From NCBI GenBank assembly GCA_965649825.1, contig OZ287701.1, positions 1,411,659 through 1,475,658 of the forward strand: 64,000 bases of DNA, in the 5' to 3' direction. Position 1 is the first letter of the stretch, and every line of letters begins with the position of its first letter. Made by a program: the position numbers and the translations under genes. Shown piece after piece: positions 37,252-49,717 of the stretch. Below the pieces are notes generated by a model. That model was not told the DNA's origin. It saw only the letters and a list, made by a program, of their open reading frames with translations, and did no database searches. The DNA comes from Penicillus capitatus. Lineage: Eukaryota; Plantae; Chlorophyta.

Positions 37252-37737
37252 ATAACCATTGATTCCTATCGGTAGGAGAGCAGCCATCACTCGACATTCT
37301 CTGTATCTCCGTGAACAGCGAGCTGCTTGGCGATGACCCCCACCGAAAATACGGTCTTGCGGGGTTTGCGGCGATGGGCGAAAACCTTGGCGTGGAGACA
37401 TGGGCACACACGAATCTTCATGGCGGATAGAGGGGCTGCATTCACCGGAGGAAAAGTACGAGCATTCTGCCACGAGCGAGGGATCAAGCAACAATGATCG
37501 GCGAGTCACGCTCCTTGGAGTAACGGGGCAGCCGAGCGCCAAGTTGGAAATGTGAAGAGCAGATTGGCCAGGATACTGTGGAAGTCTACCGCAGACATCT
37601 CGCTGCATACGTCGGAGGAAATTTTGAACCAAGGAAATTGCGAGGCGACGGGTTTTACACCAATGGAACTTTGCTGGGGACGACGTCGGGCCGATGACAG
37701 TAGAGTTCCCGCTTCTATGACCTCTACCGATATGTGA
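37252..37737 (+). mobile_element. Ty3/Gypsy-type integrase core fragment, degenerate
   Basis: One frame with stops: ITIDSYR*...TENTVLRGLRRW...RIFMADRGAAFTGGKVRAFCHERGIKQQ*SASHAPWSNGAAERQVGNVK...TGFTPMELCWGR. This covers the D(35)E region and the Gypsy post-core motif. Confidence 0.8.
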
Positions 37738-37742
37738 AACTG

Positions 37743-38355
37743 AAGGTGATCACAAAAGAGATTGAAGGTGTGAAGTGTGAGCCATTTGAGGAGGCGATGG
37801 TGGAAGTTGCGGACTACGTCGGCGTCGCGGTGGAACTCATGGGTAAACGAAGCTGGACATGGCACCCGGCATTGAATCTCTTAATGTCCTAAAGTATAAG
37901 ATGCCAACGCGTAGACTCCCGGGATTAAGAAATCATCTGCTGACCGTTACCAATGGCACCGCTATTCTGCAGACGACCTTCTCAGGATTTAAACCGGAAT
38001 GCAGAGAACTGTCCATTCGTGAGAACGGTTCGCTGACGGCTCACGAAACTGGCACAGCTACGGCCTATGCACTGGAAAACTTCCAGAGCCGAGAGACATT
38101 CATTGTGAAGCCTGGAGATGAAGTTTACGAAGGTCAAGTCGTGGGTGTGCACAACAGAGACTCGATCTCCGAATTAACATCTGCAAGAAGAAGCATCTAA
38201 TGATGCGTACTTCGCTGAGTGAGGCAACAGTCGTGCTCGATAAAGTCATGGACTTAACATTGGATGAGTCTCTGGAATTCATCAAACCGGATGAACTTGT
38301 GGAAGTGACGCCCAAATCGGTGAGGATTCGTAAAATGCACTTGAAAAAGAAGTAA
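37743..38355 (+). pseudogene. typA: TypA/BipA GTPase C-terminal fragment (plastid type), frameshifted, intronless
   Basis: Contains KCEPFEEAMVEV, KYKMPTR, GSLTAHETGTATAYALENFQSR, PGDEVYEGQVVG, INICKKKHL and LEFIKPDELVEVTPKSVRIRK. Two frameshifts (about 37850 and about 38160); no G domain. Confidence 0.9.
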
Positions 38356-38397
38356 TAGACAGGCTTTGGAATGCGCTTGATTCTTTTGTGGACATTA

Positions 38398-40672
38398 TTA
38401 AATCCATTCGGCGAAAACACATCCAAGTGCTCGTGCCTCGTGGGCGATGGTTTGACCCTCTCCTTGCCCATCGCCCAATGCAAGATCTGTTCCGTGTCTC
38501 TGGACAGTGATCAAAAATTCCAGAATCTCTTCACATCGCTCGTCGGACATGAGGAGCATGTGCTTGCTTAGGTGTCGCAGAAGAGATAGAAAGCATATCT
38601 TTGCATAGTGCCAGGTATGGGCTTCCAGTTTCGATTCGACAGGTTCAAAACTCTTGATCACTCGAGAGATGCCGAAATCAAAGTTGCCTTTGGCGCAGTA
38701 GAGTGTGCCGATGACGAGATTGATGATGCAAAGATGCTGTTGTGCATCTTCTGCATCTGCCTCGGCTTCCTGTTCCTCGACCTGTCGCATGATGTCCTCG
38801 GCCAAAATTGTCTACCACACCCACTCCATGTCTTTTCGAAGCCGATGGCAGGGTGATGCTGACCTGATTGGTGACGATGTAGGAGACACAGAGATTGGCC
38901 AAGATCACAGGAGTGACGTCTAAGAGATGGCCATCGTGGTGCTGGACGATATCTGCATAGTAGCCGATGGCATCCTCGTATTTCTCCTGCACAAAGAAGG
39001 TATGTGCCACGTTCGTTCGCCACACAAGATGCTCGCTGCAGAGAGCAGACGTCTGAAGAAATAAATACTCGACAGCACTGTAATGACCACGCTCATAATG
39101 CAAATGCCCAATTGTCATCAACACTGTACAGATAGATATTGGAGGCTGTGCTTTGTCCTGTCTATCGAACCTGGGATGTTCGACTCTGCCGAGTTCTTGT
39201 AGAGTTGCTGTGCTTCTCTACTGCTCTTCTCTTCTATGGCCGTTCTCCAAAGTCTTTGCGTCTGTGCCCACTGACGATCGTTTAGAGCTCCCAATCTCGT
39301 GAGGTATTCTTCCGGAGAACTGTCTCTCAGAATCATGGCTTCGATGTACTCAAGGGTGTCCGCACGAACATACTGCTGGACCAGGTCGGGATGGTTGGAG
39401 AGTATTTCTGCGGCGCGGTCGATGAGGCCGACCTCTGGTTGGCAGCAGAGGCAGAGCAGTGTCTCCACGGTGGGTCCTGGAAACGGTGGATTCTCCATCA
39501 AATGCTCTAGTTTCTCCATTGCTGATTGTGGATCTTCTTGCCATTGCAGCAGTGCCGAGTTATAGAGAGTGACCTAGATTTGAATTCATGGAAGTGCCTG
39601 GTGTCGGTGCTTTACCGGATCAACATCGCTCTCGTCTCTCGGCGGCATACTCTGTAGCACTTCCTGAGCCGCTTCCCTGTTCTTCAGTTCCATCTCGATG
39701 GCGAATTTGAGATTGAGAGCTTCGATGAGAAAGGAGTCCTTGTCGGAATTGTTAGACATCGGTGCCGTTATGATGTTGCTTTGTTCAACAATTGCCGCAA
39801 TGTACTGCAGGGCCGGTCCAAATTCTCGGAGTTCGTAACTGCATATGGCGCAGCCGTATGCATAGAAAGCCTTAAGTACTGTCCTGCAGAATGCCTCACT
39901 CGAACGAGCATTACCTCAAATCCCGCCGTCTCGATCGCCTCCATATACTTCATCCGCGCTTCTACATATCTGCCCGCCTGACCCGAAACAGAAAAATCAA
40001 GGAAGCACGTTGTTCACTTAAAGGCACCTTGTAGAGTAACGATCCCTGATTGACAAGTGTCTGGACAGTCGTCTCTTCAGCCAGTTGCTCAAGCAGACCC
40101 CGATACACTGCAACCACTTCGGATGTTGATCAGCGACACGATTTGGATCACTTTTGATATCGTTCATCTCGTATGCAATGGCGAGTTTCAGTTGACCTGC
40201 CGCGGCAGTCTCTTCTTTCAAAGATCCGAGCACTCGGAAGACCTTCTCGTCATCAGCACCTCCTGCCTATGACGAACGATGCGGCGAAGCTCAGCGAGGA
40301 ATAGAGATGGCCAACTTTGAAGAGGCATTGTGCGTAGTTGATGCGATAGTCCAGATTGCCGGGGCAGATATGCATCAGCTGTGCATACCTGGTCGACAAA
40401 TAAGGAAGGCTCTTGTGAGGCTGTCGTCCTACCGTTGTGTGGCTTCGTCGTACTGCTCTCGTGCATAGTAGCAGTAAGCCAGCAATGAGAGAAAAGCTCG
40501 ACACTTGGGGCGTTCCTGCGCAGCCTCGCGTCAAATTGACGTCGTCAATCACGACATCGACCTGAAGAGCCTCAAGCAAAACAGCAATGGCAGGCTCATA
40601 CATCTCATCCCGAAGCCACTCGTAGACGTCTCGTGTGAAATGACCGTCTCTTATGTGGCCGCCCAACAGCAT
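38398..40672 (-). CDS. IFT70: Intraflagellar transport protein 70 (TTC30/DYF-1/fleer), TPR protein
   Basis: Contains RAFLSLLAYCYY, YRINYAQCLFK, ENPPFPGPT, LDVTPVILANLCVSYI and HLCIINLVIGTLYCAKGNFDFGISRVIKSFEP; multi-exon with GT-AG introns. Confidence 0.92.
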
Positions 40673-42059
40673 ACTTACAACAGTCTTTCGGCGGTCACTT
40701 CTGATCATCCGTTATTTATTTTCATTTCGAACACTCTTCATTTAGACAGAAGTCAACTGCCTGATCATAGTATTTTCCTGGAATTTCCTGGAATATAGTA
40801 CTGTTCAAGTTCCAGGCTGATGCGGGTGTCCCTGGAGGAAGAGTTGAATCCGTGGACTTTGTGATAAGCTGTGCCTCTGAGCTCCGCTGTCAGATTCTCT
40901 TCCACAGACACAACTGCCTTCTCTCTTTCCGAATCCTCATGCTCGACCGGCCAAGGTTCCAGCTGACCCCCTCCAGTTCTTCGGGCACTTGAATGTAGAG
41001 CACGTTGACTTGATGCGCCACGAAATTGTTCTTGTGTCTGATAGCGACGGTATGGCCACGACGGCGGATTTCAGTTGGCTTCCGAGAACACTGAATCAAT
41101 CTCCCGCTCACCGAATTGTAGTTGAGATGATGAATCGGTTACACTCGCCGATCCGTCGTCGTCAGGAGGAGAGATCCCATTTGCTGACATTGGGGCTGAA
41201 CTCTGCACAAAGCAGTCAACAACTTGAATGCGTGACTCGGACTAGGCACGTCTTCCAGACGAGATTCAGAGGAAAAAGGAAAGGATCTGGAGTACCTTCT
41301 ACAGAGGAAGTGTGACCCTTCTCCCCTTCATGAGTGCATCTCATATCTCTCCACTGTCGTTGCTGGATCCACTGGATAGAGAGAAATCGGCCGCAAAGAG
41401 TGAGAGCCATATCTCAAAGTGAAGCGAAACTCAGGAGACTTTTCTTCTGCCAGGAGCTCTGAGATCGGAGGAAGAGTATGTGTTGCGCCTCCTGACAAAA
41501 GATGGACTGGGTACGGATGAAATTCCAGAGAACATCGTAAAACAGTAAGCTTGAACTATGAAAGATGTACCGAAAGATCGCTGAGACGTGACTTACAGAG
41601 TTTGTGAGACGCCTCAGTTGCAGAATCTCTTGAGGACACTGTCCTACCATTACACGCAGATGAACCTCGACCCCGAAGCTGCCAAGAAAGCGCAGAGGAT
41701 CGTCAGTCAGCTCTCTGAAATTGTTCGAGCAGTTCTCTGCCTGTAAGATCATGCCAAAGATGCGCTCCGTTAGCAATTGCCATCGTGTGGGATTGACATC
41801 GTTGTCGTTGTCGTGTCAGAATGACTGTAGCAAGTCACATCGTGACTGCCTCGGTTTCTAAGGGTTCTGTCTCTGAAGGGGCGCTCATTCGGGGTTAACG
41901 TCACCTCAGAGTCCTTTTCCTATGGCTCTGAGAGGCTGGTGACTCACCTGTCCTGTCACTATTAGCGTATAAATCCGTAGACGTGGCCTTGTAGATACCC
42001 TTGCTCTGTAAGAACGTGAAGCCTTCCGCTGACATGTCGTCGTTACCATTTTGTTCATC

Positions 42060-42446
42060 ATGGCACTACGCATCGGAAATCTGCGTTCACTCGCCAGTTG
42101 TCTCTCCGCTGCTCGTTGGGCACTGCCCGTCCGTGGAGGTACTGTTGGTCACCAGCCGCCTCCCGAAGTTCCTCCAACAAAGCCCTTGATACTGGAAGAT
42201 GACGAATTCTGGTATGACGGAACTGCTCACCCGGAACGCGTGTTGGACGACTGTGGGGTGACGGATTACGGACGCGTCACACCTCTGAAAGCCATAGCCA
42301 GCTTTGCAGCATCCATGTCTCTGTTTGTCATCGGATATGCCATTGTGGACTGGTACGATCCAGCCTCGCGTGCCCATGTTATACCCAGACAACTGCCGTA
42401 CGACGATCTGGCTGTCGAACGCGGTCTCAAGAAAAAAGGAGAGTAG
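42060..42446 (+). CDS. NDUFB8: Mitochondrial complex I subunit NDUFB8 (ASHI), plant/green-algal type
   Basis: Contains PTKPLILEDDEFWYDGTAHPERVLD, a single TM helix and a C-terminal PRQLPYDDLAVERG, resembling plant NDUFB8 (PEPCID...PYDNLRVELG). A TGTAA signal follows at about 42491. Confidence 0.82.
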   Translation: MALRIGNLRSLASCLSAARWALPVRGGTVGHQPPPEVPPTKPLILEDDEFWYDGTAHPERVLDDCGVTDYGRVTPLKAIASFAASMSLFVIGYAIVDWYDPASRAHVIPRQLPYDDLAVERGLKKKGE

Positions 42447-43503
42447 GAGATGGATTGGAGTCCAAGGACAGAGAATCGAAGGCGGAAGCTGTAAATAGTA
42501 TCGAATTAAGAGAGAAATCGTTCCTGTTGAATGGTATATCGTCTTTCTCGCTGAAGAGTGTAACAACGATGGCTTTTCATCTGCTGCAATTCAAGCGAAC
42601 ATGAGGCTGGTATCCATGGATCGCGTGTCCTGCATCGTTTTATGCCTTCTTTGCACAGCGTCTCTCTTGACCACGTCGACGGAGACAGAAAACACGCGCT
42701 TTGTTGAAAGGAGCCGACGCATCGATTCGATTGCCAGGTTCCTCCTGTCAACACCAAGAATACGGGCCATCCTCTTGATGAGACCTTGTTATGCTCAATT
42801 TAGCCACCCTCGCTTCTACTCACGGCCGAGTTTGCATTAGACACTTAAGACTTCGTCGTCATTCGCAGACGGATGTGGGCGATGACGAGGTCAGCCTCAA
42901 ATCAAACAGTCCATTGATTTCGGCAGAGGCTGCGTGTTTATGGACGGATTAATGCTGTCGAGGGCGAAAATAAGAAAGAGGAGGAGGACGTGACCATCGC
43001 CCGAAGGCGCTTGATGAGGAGATGACTGCTGAGAGGATGTCCATACTCTGACAGACGCCGCTGCAGATCCCTCCAAAGCGTCCGGCGAGACACGCGCCGA
43101 TAGCCCAAGAAAGCGCACAGATGCTCGTGTGGCAACGCTCCGAAGAACATAACATCATTCCCTGCTCTTTCTTCAACACAATCTCCGACTGATCCTTCAC
43201 GCCCTCTGTGGAAAAGAGATCCTGTAAGCTCTAAGGAACACGATTCGGTGGGTGGCCATCTTGAAGCTTCACTCCATTCCTATCTTATGCCTATCTTATG
43301 CTGCGTCGTGAATAGCTTCGTCTATCCAATATGCATCTCCTTAGACTTCCTCTATCCGAAGGATTGCGTCATCGTGCGTTGAACTGCCCCTGTTGCTCCC
43401 TCAGGGCAGCGGATCTTAGAAAGCTCCCTAGAGGGTTTCCACAACTGCGTTTCAGTCTTCACGGAGCCCTTCTACTGTCTGGATCTCATTGTGACGACCA
43501 TGA

Positions 43504-43931
43504 ATGGCGGTGTCCATCTCTTCGAAACAAGGGGATCTTGTTACCCTCTCCGGACATGAGACAACAGAAGTGATGCGCATCCTCGACCTTCTTGGCCTTA
43601 TTAGACACGCACGCGCCACTTGTACGTTAAGATCCAAGAAACGGAGCCTTTTGTCGCCGGAGACAGACATGTTGGCGTTTTGCATCGAAGGACAGTCGAC
43701 CTGACAGGAATACTCGAGGCGACAAAGTTACCGTCCGCTTTTCCGTTGTTGACAATCGAAAAGTGCCGGAAGGAAAAGGACCGGGCCCATACAATGCGAT
43801 CGATCCGTCGTCCTCTATCCGGCCATTCGTCAGTTTGTTTGTCTCGTCCAGAACGTGACGTCAATGAGATGAACGTTGGAGCTTTTCTTGTCATTGGCGT
43901 GGTCGACACATACTCGCAACCGGGAACATAA
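43504..43931 (+). CDS. Small hypothetical protein (probably two exons)
   Basis: ORFs 43504-43704 and 43620-43931 can be joined by a short GT-AG intron. No family recognised. Confidence 0.25.
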
Positions 43932-44276
43932 GAACCGCTGTCGCCGTGCCCTCGAACAAGAAAAACGGCACTCATGCTGATCGCGATGGTGGATGTTTAC
44001 AAGCTCGAGTATCGAGACGAATTCCTTCTCTCTTTACACATGCACTGGTATGGATTCGTCAAGGTACACATTCGACGAAGATCTGTATCGAAATTTGCAT
44101 GTAACTAGCTGTGAGCGTTCATCCTTAGTGGATGATTGAAGGGCCATTCACAGCTATGGTAATGGCAGCTGTGTTCATGAAACCAGATCTTATTACATGA
44201 TCGATGTTAGCTCAATCCGGAGAAAACGCAAACTGTTGACACTCTTTACAATGTAGCAAAGTTTTCACTGGTGTCT

Positions 44277-45105
44277 TCATGCTTGTGCGTGACTCTCTTC
44301 GAATTCAGCCATGTAGGTGTCTTCCAAGAAAGGATCGAAGAATGATGAACATCTTTGGTAGATTTCGGTCAAGTGCCGCTTCCCATTCTCGACGGCCTGC
44401 TCGTCTCCATGAACTCCGAAAACATCAGCGACAAATGCATCCCAGCTGAAGGACGATTCTTGCTGTGCGATGCGAACAGTGACATAGCATCTAGGCACGC
44501 ATACTGCATTGTGAAGTATTAGGTACTCGACGAACATCACCTGATGTAGTTCACGCGCCGCTTGATAGACGATCTCAGCGAGATCATCTTTCCATAGCGC
44601 AACTCACCGAGGTGACCGGACGGGTGGACAATGCCTTCTCGAATTAAAATTTCTTGGAGCTCTACACCGCATACAATGATCTGAGAGGATGCCTGACATT
44701 GGGCGTGTGCCATACGTGCTTTGCGTGCTCCAAACAAAGAAAGATATGCGTTGACAGCGGAGTCGCTAACCCAAGCATACCTAGAACAGATAGCAGAATT
44801 AAAAACCGAAGCGTTCGCAATACAGAACGGCTAGGAGATGGGAAGAACATTCTCTTACATCGTAAAACGATTCGTCGAAAGAAACGCGAACGCAAACGTT
44901 GAACACGTCGGACGACGGGCGGACAAGAAGCAACTGTCGTTTTCGAAGAAATGAACGATCGTTTTACAATGAACAGATGTGGAAGACGAAGATTGATGCA
45001 TTTAGCGAAATCCGATATTTGTCGGGTGAGGCCATCATTGACAGGAGACTCGTTTGCATTATGGTTTTCCTCTGTGACGGAATAGACGTCCGCATACTTC
45101 GGCAT
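44277..45105 (-). CDS. Hypothetical protein with an N-proximal hydrophobic helix (type II membrane-like)
   Basis: Successive minus-strand ORFs 44662-45105 (LRFLILLSVLGMLGLATPL), 44537-44737 and 44277-44540. Confidence 0.25.
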
Positions 45106-46741
45106 GCTCTAGGGGCCCAATGGAAAGAAATTAAGCAATAAAGAGAAGGAGAAACTCCTTCAACAGCCAGAGGAAGCACGTCGATGGGAAAAGGAGGGCG
45201 AATGGCGTCATCCACTTTGACCTCGTCGCTTCGCAAATGCGATTCATGCGAAGAGAATCGAGATGGGTGATGGATCGAGTCTCCCTTCTTGTGGCCGAAA
45301 TCGATGAGATGCTACGGAAGAAATGTCGAATGGACGATATTCACATTAGCTGATGCTCTTTGTGGACCATCTTGTTGTCCAACGCGTGACATCAGCAGCA
45401 TTGGAGACTCGGATTCTGTCAAATTCTTGTGTTCCAATGGCCAGGGATGCCCCCATTGGTCCTGCCGCGACAGGATCCTTCTTCCTCCCCTCGGTTCTAC
45501 ACACAAACAGTGGCCCTGTTGCAATATCGCAGCACAGCGTCTACCGACAGTACTCAGTGGTTTTCAGCACAGAGCTGCAAGCGGTTGCTGGGAGTGCCCG
45601 GCGATAAAGCAACATCAACAAAGGCTCGAAGAGTACGAGAAGGAGGTTGGTCCACCTAATCCAATCGACAGCTCAAGGGATCATGCAAGAAGAGGGGAGG
45701 AAGCACTTGAAAACGGTCCTCCAGAGAGAACGCGCCGGCGTATCTCGATCCCATTGAACTCCTCTACGCCGAGTGTTACGTCTCGGAGAGAGAACCAGAG
45801 GAGTTCCACGCCGCAGAGCGCGAAGAATTAGCCAAGTGAGGCATTTCCCGTTTCGCTGATCACTCGCCCTGCTTCCGGCTAAAAGATCGAAAGGGAGAGG
45901 TTCATAGAGTTGCGCTCGCAAAGAGAGATCGAACGGCCGAAACAAGATGGGCAATCAAAGGTGCCTCCCGAGATCCCTCGATTGACTCTTCTCGTCACAG
46001 AGGTCACAAGAACAACAAATCGCCCATCAAAGCCAGATTGCTAGCACGTGATCCCTCGGCGTTGCTGATCGCATTTCTGCGTTGCTATTGCCTGCCCAGG
46101 CCTGGACTCGGACAATGCCATCGAGCCATGCTATTCGCGAGGAACGTGTTTACGAATTCGGAGACCTGGATTTCGATGCTCGGGACTGCCTGGCATTGCA
46201 CGCTGGAAGGCGCTCTTGCTTCGACAAGATCTCGTCTGCGATGCAGTCGCCTGCCGATCTGCCTGTTCGCTTCATCCCAAGAACACCTCTCTCGCACTTC
46301 ACTGACCTCGGGCAAGCAGATCCCTTCGACGTAGAAGCGTTTGTCTTGCCTGGAGATCGTTCCAGAGCACTCGTGTGCATTGATGCCACGATAGAGATGA
46401 TTGACGCCTCCGCACCGTTCGTTCTCATACCGATCGACCCATTTTGCTCGCGATCACATCTCAGGGCCTATCAAATCTGGTTGTCTCTGACAGATCTGCA
46501 TTTGGTTTCTTTCTGCGCAGCGAATGCAGCGGCTGTGACACGGGCGACAGAAGAAACAGCCTGAATCCCTCTCAAGCCTCCAGAAACACTCGAAAGGCTG
46601 AAGGAACAAGACAAGCTAAACACACACACGTTGCCCGGTTGTTGTCCTGTTTGTAAACATAACGTTTATTACAGAAAGGAACCATCGTCTACTTTCGATC
46701 AGCAAACAGGTCATGCTACACTCAGGCAATCGACAGGTCTT

Positions 46742-48060
46742 CTACATAGGAAACCCGCTGGGTCCAAAATTCTGTCCATCTGGTGTTCTGGGAACGTGGT
46801 AGCTCTGTGCACTCGCAGATGCGGATTGCACCCTCGCAGGCTCCCGAACAGATAGCGGCTCCGTCCCATACTCATCAATCTCTTGCAGCAAACTCTGCAG
46901 GACACAGCCTTTATTATAGATCACCAATTTCCTCTCCCTTCTCACTTCGGTTTCTGCAATGTGGTCGACTGGTTCATGCTGCAGAATCAAAAGCTTAATG
47001 CGCTTGTCTCCTCGCCAGTTATCGATACTGGCCTTCACAGTGAAGATCATTGTTTTGTAGAGCGCACAGTTGACAATGTCTTCGGCCTGTTTCGCATCTT
47101 CCGCCTCCTTTTCTCTCAATTCATCAACCGGGATGCCGATGAGGCCTTCGGCGCAGAAAGAAGCTGTTGCAAAATGCGCATCCGTAAAGTCACTCAGTTT
47201 CATTTCCATGGCATATCGCCATTCTGCATCCACATCCTTATCACATTCCTAACACACCCACCCCCTTCGGATCGCTCCGAGACTTTCATCAAACAAGGTT
47301 GTTTGTCTGAAGAGGACAGCTGGGGTAGTAGATTTTCTTGCGGATGTAGCTGATCGTCGCGAGAACCTGCAAACAAGATGTCAAGTTGTTGCAGGGGCAT
47401 TGTGTCGCCAACCTTGAAGACGGGCCGCTTTGTCAATTCCACGGTGTTCACGTTGATGTCTGACAGATAACTGAGCTGTGCATCACGTACCGGACCGCTC
47501 TGGGACAATGCTGTGCCAGGTACGCGTGTTGTACCTCCCTCATGAAACCTAGCCGCACAGAGTTCACATTTGAATCATTCTTCATTGCACACAGACCAGG
47601 ATAAGAGCTCCGTGGCTTCTTCAATATCCGGATCGATCTCCATCGGCGTGAACTACACGCCAAATCTCTCACACTCTAACAGTTAAATGAGTGAGACTAT
47701 CATACCTCCGGATCGAAGGCGTAAGGTATGTCCGTGCCAGCTGCCCCGTCCGGCACAAGAACAACTGTCGAGTTTCTTCTCAATACTATTTCGATGTCGG
47801 TATTGAAGTCTTTGAAGCGCTGAACATTATGGATATTATAAGTGAGTGAGAGAAGTGCAAGATATTAACATACCTCATCGCGTATCACGTTGACATCAGC
47901 TTTTGAGATTTTGTAGATTTTGCCCACCCTTATCATCTCATAGAACGCCACCGCTGCTTCATTGAACGCAGCACATCGAATGAACTGACAGCTTTCCTCG
48001 CCAACCGATTCCTCGCAGTGCTTGTAGACGATCCTGGCCAGCTGCCAGACAGTCAGTTTG
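46742..48060 (-). pseudogene. RPA1: Replication protein A 70-kDa subunit-like, degenerate; DBD-A and DBD-C present, DBD-B nearly absent
   Basis: Contains IRCAAFNEAAVAFYEMIRVGKIYKISK (DBD-A), IDPDIEEATELLSW, VLATISYIRKKIYYPSCP and WRYAMEMKLSDFT...FTVKA...RIKL (DBD-C). There is an in-frame TAG in the zinc ribbon at 47249-47251, plus frameshifts. Confidence 0.78.
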
Positions 48061-48313
48061 ACTCTGTCCTCAGCGCTGTGTTGGAATGCTCTGTGCCGTC
48101 GTCGGGTGCATATTGAAGACATTTTCATGTGCTGCTTAGAGATTCGAAGCTTTCTTGGCAAGCAAAGAGAAAGAAGCAACTTCAGACGTTCTGTCACAGT
48201 CTTGGACGCTGTGTCTAATCTGATGACGCAAAAATACTCTCAGACGAATTCCAAGGACTGTCGTTAATGGCAGTTTCTGCCTCCACATAAAGGACTCTCG
48301 GAAAAGGAAAAAA

Positions 48314-49717
48314 GTGTTCGATCGCATTGGCTGTCCTTCTGATGCGATGAGCACACTGCAATTGCTTGACAGCGTCGATGTCGCTCTGCTCGGTGTCTGC
48401 ACGCAGAACCCAGTTCTTGTCGAAGGAAAACCAGCGGTGGGAGAGACAGCTCTGGTCGGTGGACTGAGGAAGTCTCGCGGGTGCTTGCTGCAAAAAGGTT
48501 ATCATTCTGAGCAAACAGCGACACCGCCACACTGCAGGACTACTCTGGGACATGGCTGCATGAGAAGGCAGGATTCCGTTACTCAAAGGGTGTCTGTCCT
48601 CGTCCAAACGATCGATGACGGAGACTGCTTTGTGGCATAGGAGTTCAATCTTGCACCTCTTTCTGTCGCGGCAGCGTTAAAGACTTTCCTGGAGGGATCA
48701 CTTGCTGTTCAGATTCCAGGCACAGGTGCGACGGTCAATGCACATCCCGATTTCAGATTCTCTGCAACCCAGAATCTATTCCACGGAGGGGGAGATAATG
48801 ATGATGTCGACGACTTTCAACAGGACGAATCTGCTGACATAGTCTACAAGCGATTCCAAAGGAAGAGTATGGAGGTGTTGTGACCGCCACCATGGAAGAC
48901 GCAGAGAACCTGTCCACTCTCTACCTTGCATCCTCCGAGATGTTCCGTCTGACGATGAGAGACTTGATCAAGCTGGTTCACAGATACAACTCCTTCAAGT
49001 AGAGAATAGAAATGGAAGGTCCTGGTCTGCTGTTTTCGTGCCGTTGCTTGATCCCCTGATCCCAACCGAAGACGAGTAAGTTCAGGAGATTCAGCAGGTG
49101 CAGCCCTTTTCACTCATCGAGTTGGCATTTGCAGAATGGGAAGAGACTATTGCAAGATCCTGCACGGACTAACATATGGAAGAGAAGAGAAACGAATTTC
49201 TGTTCTTCCAAGGACCTCTATGTGTTTCGTTCAGCGGATACAGATTCGATCGAAGCCGACTGTGGAAACGTGATAATGCCGCGAAGCTGCCGCCCGAGAT
49301 CTTTCCGGACAAGCTTGTTGAATTCGCATTCGCAGTAGGGGCAAAAGAAACAGTCTTCCTGTATGGAGAGTCTTCCTTCAAGACAGAACTCATCAGAACG
49401 TGGCTAGAGATCTCTCAGATGGAGGGCAAAGCGCAGATGATACACTTGAACTCGGAGTCCAAACAACAGAAATGATCGGCCAAATGCATCTAGTGTGGAT
49501 GGTGGAGGTTCTTGAAATGATGTTATCCATCGGCAACTTCATTCTCAGAGAGATCGAAGGACTTGCCGTGAATAACATGCCAAGGAAACGCGAATACAGC
49601 ATTCGACGGTTGGACTGCTCAGATGATCTTCCAAGAAGAGGCTATGCAACTCACTCATCGCACCCTTTGGAGGAAAATCAGAGATGGCGCGCGACCGGGA
49701 ATCTTTTGCAACAATGA
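48314..49717 (+). pseudogene. Midasin/dynein-related (AAA_5) ATPase fragments, inactivated
   Basis: Walker A region PVLVEGKPAVGETAL (K to E); Walker B region DCFVA*EFNLA with a stop at 48638-48640; HPDFRFSATQN; TMRDLIKL; and a second degenerate module VFLYGESSFKTELIR...IHLNSES...MIGQ. Confidence 0.6.

Noticed and set aside
40890-41800. Coding-like ORFs between IFT70 and NDUFB8, and similar ORFs at 42500-43250 and 45289-46564
   Set aside because: Possibly real lineage-specific genes, but strand, exon structure and product are not determinable by eye.
43620-43931. Ctf8-like appearance of the small ORF
   Set aside because: It lacks the conserved C-terminal KIxFKxRP motif.
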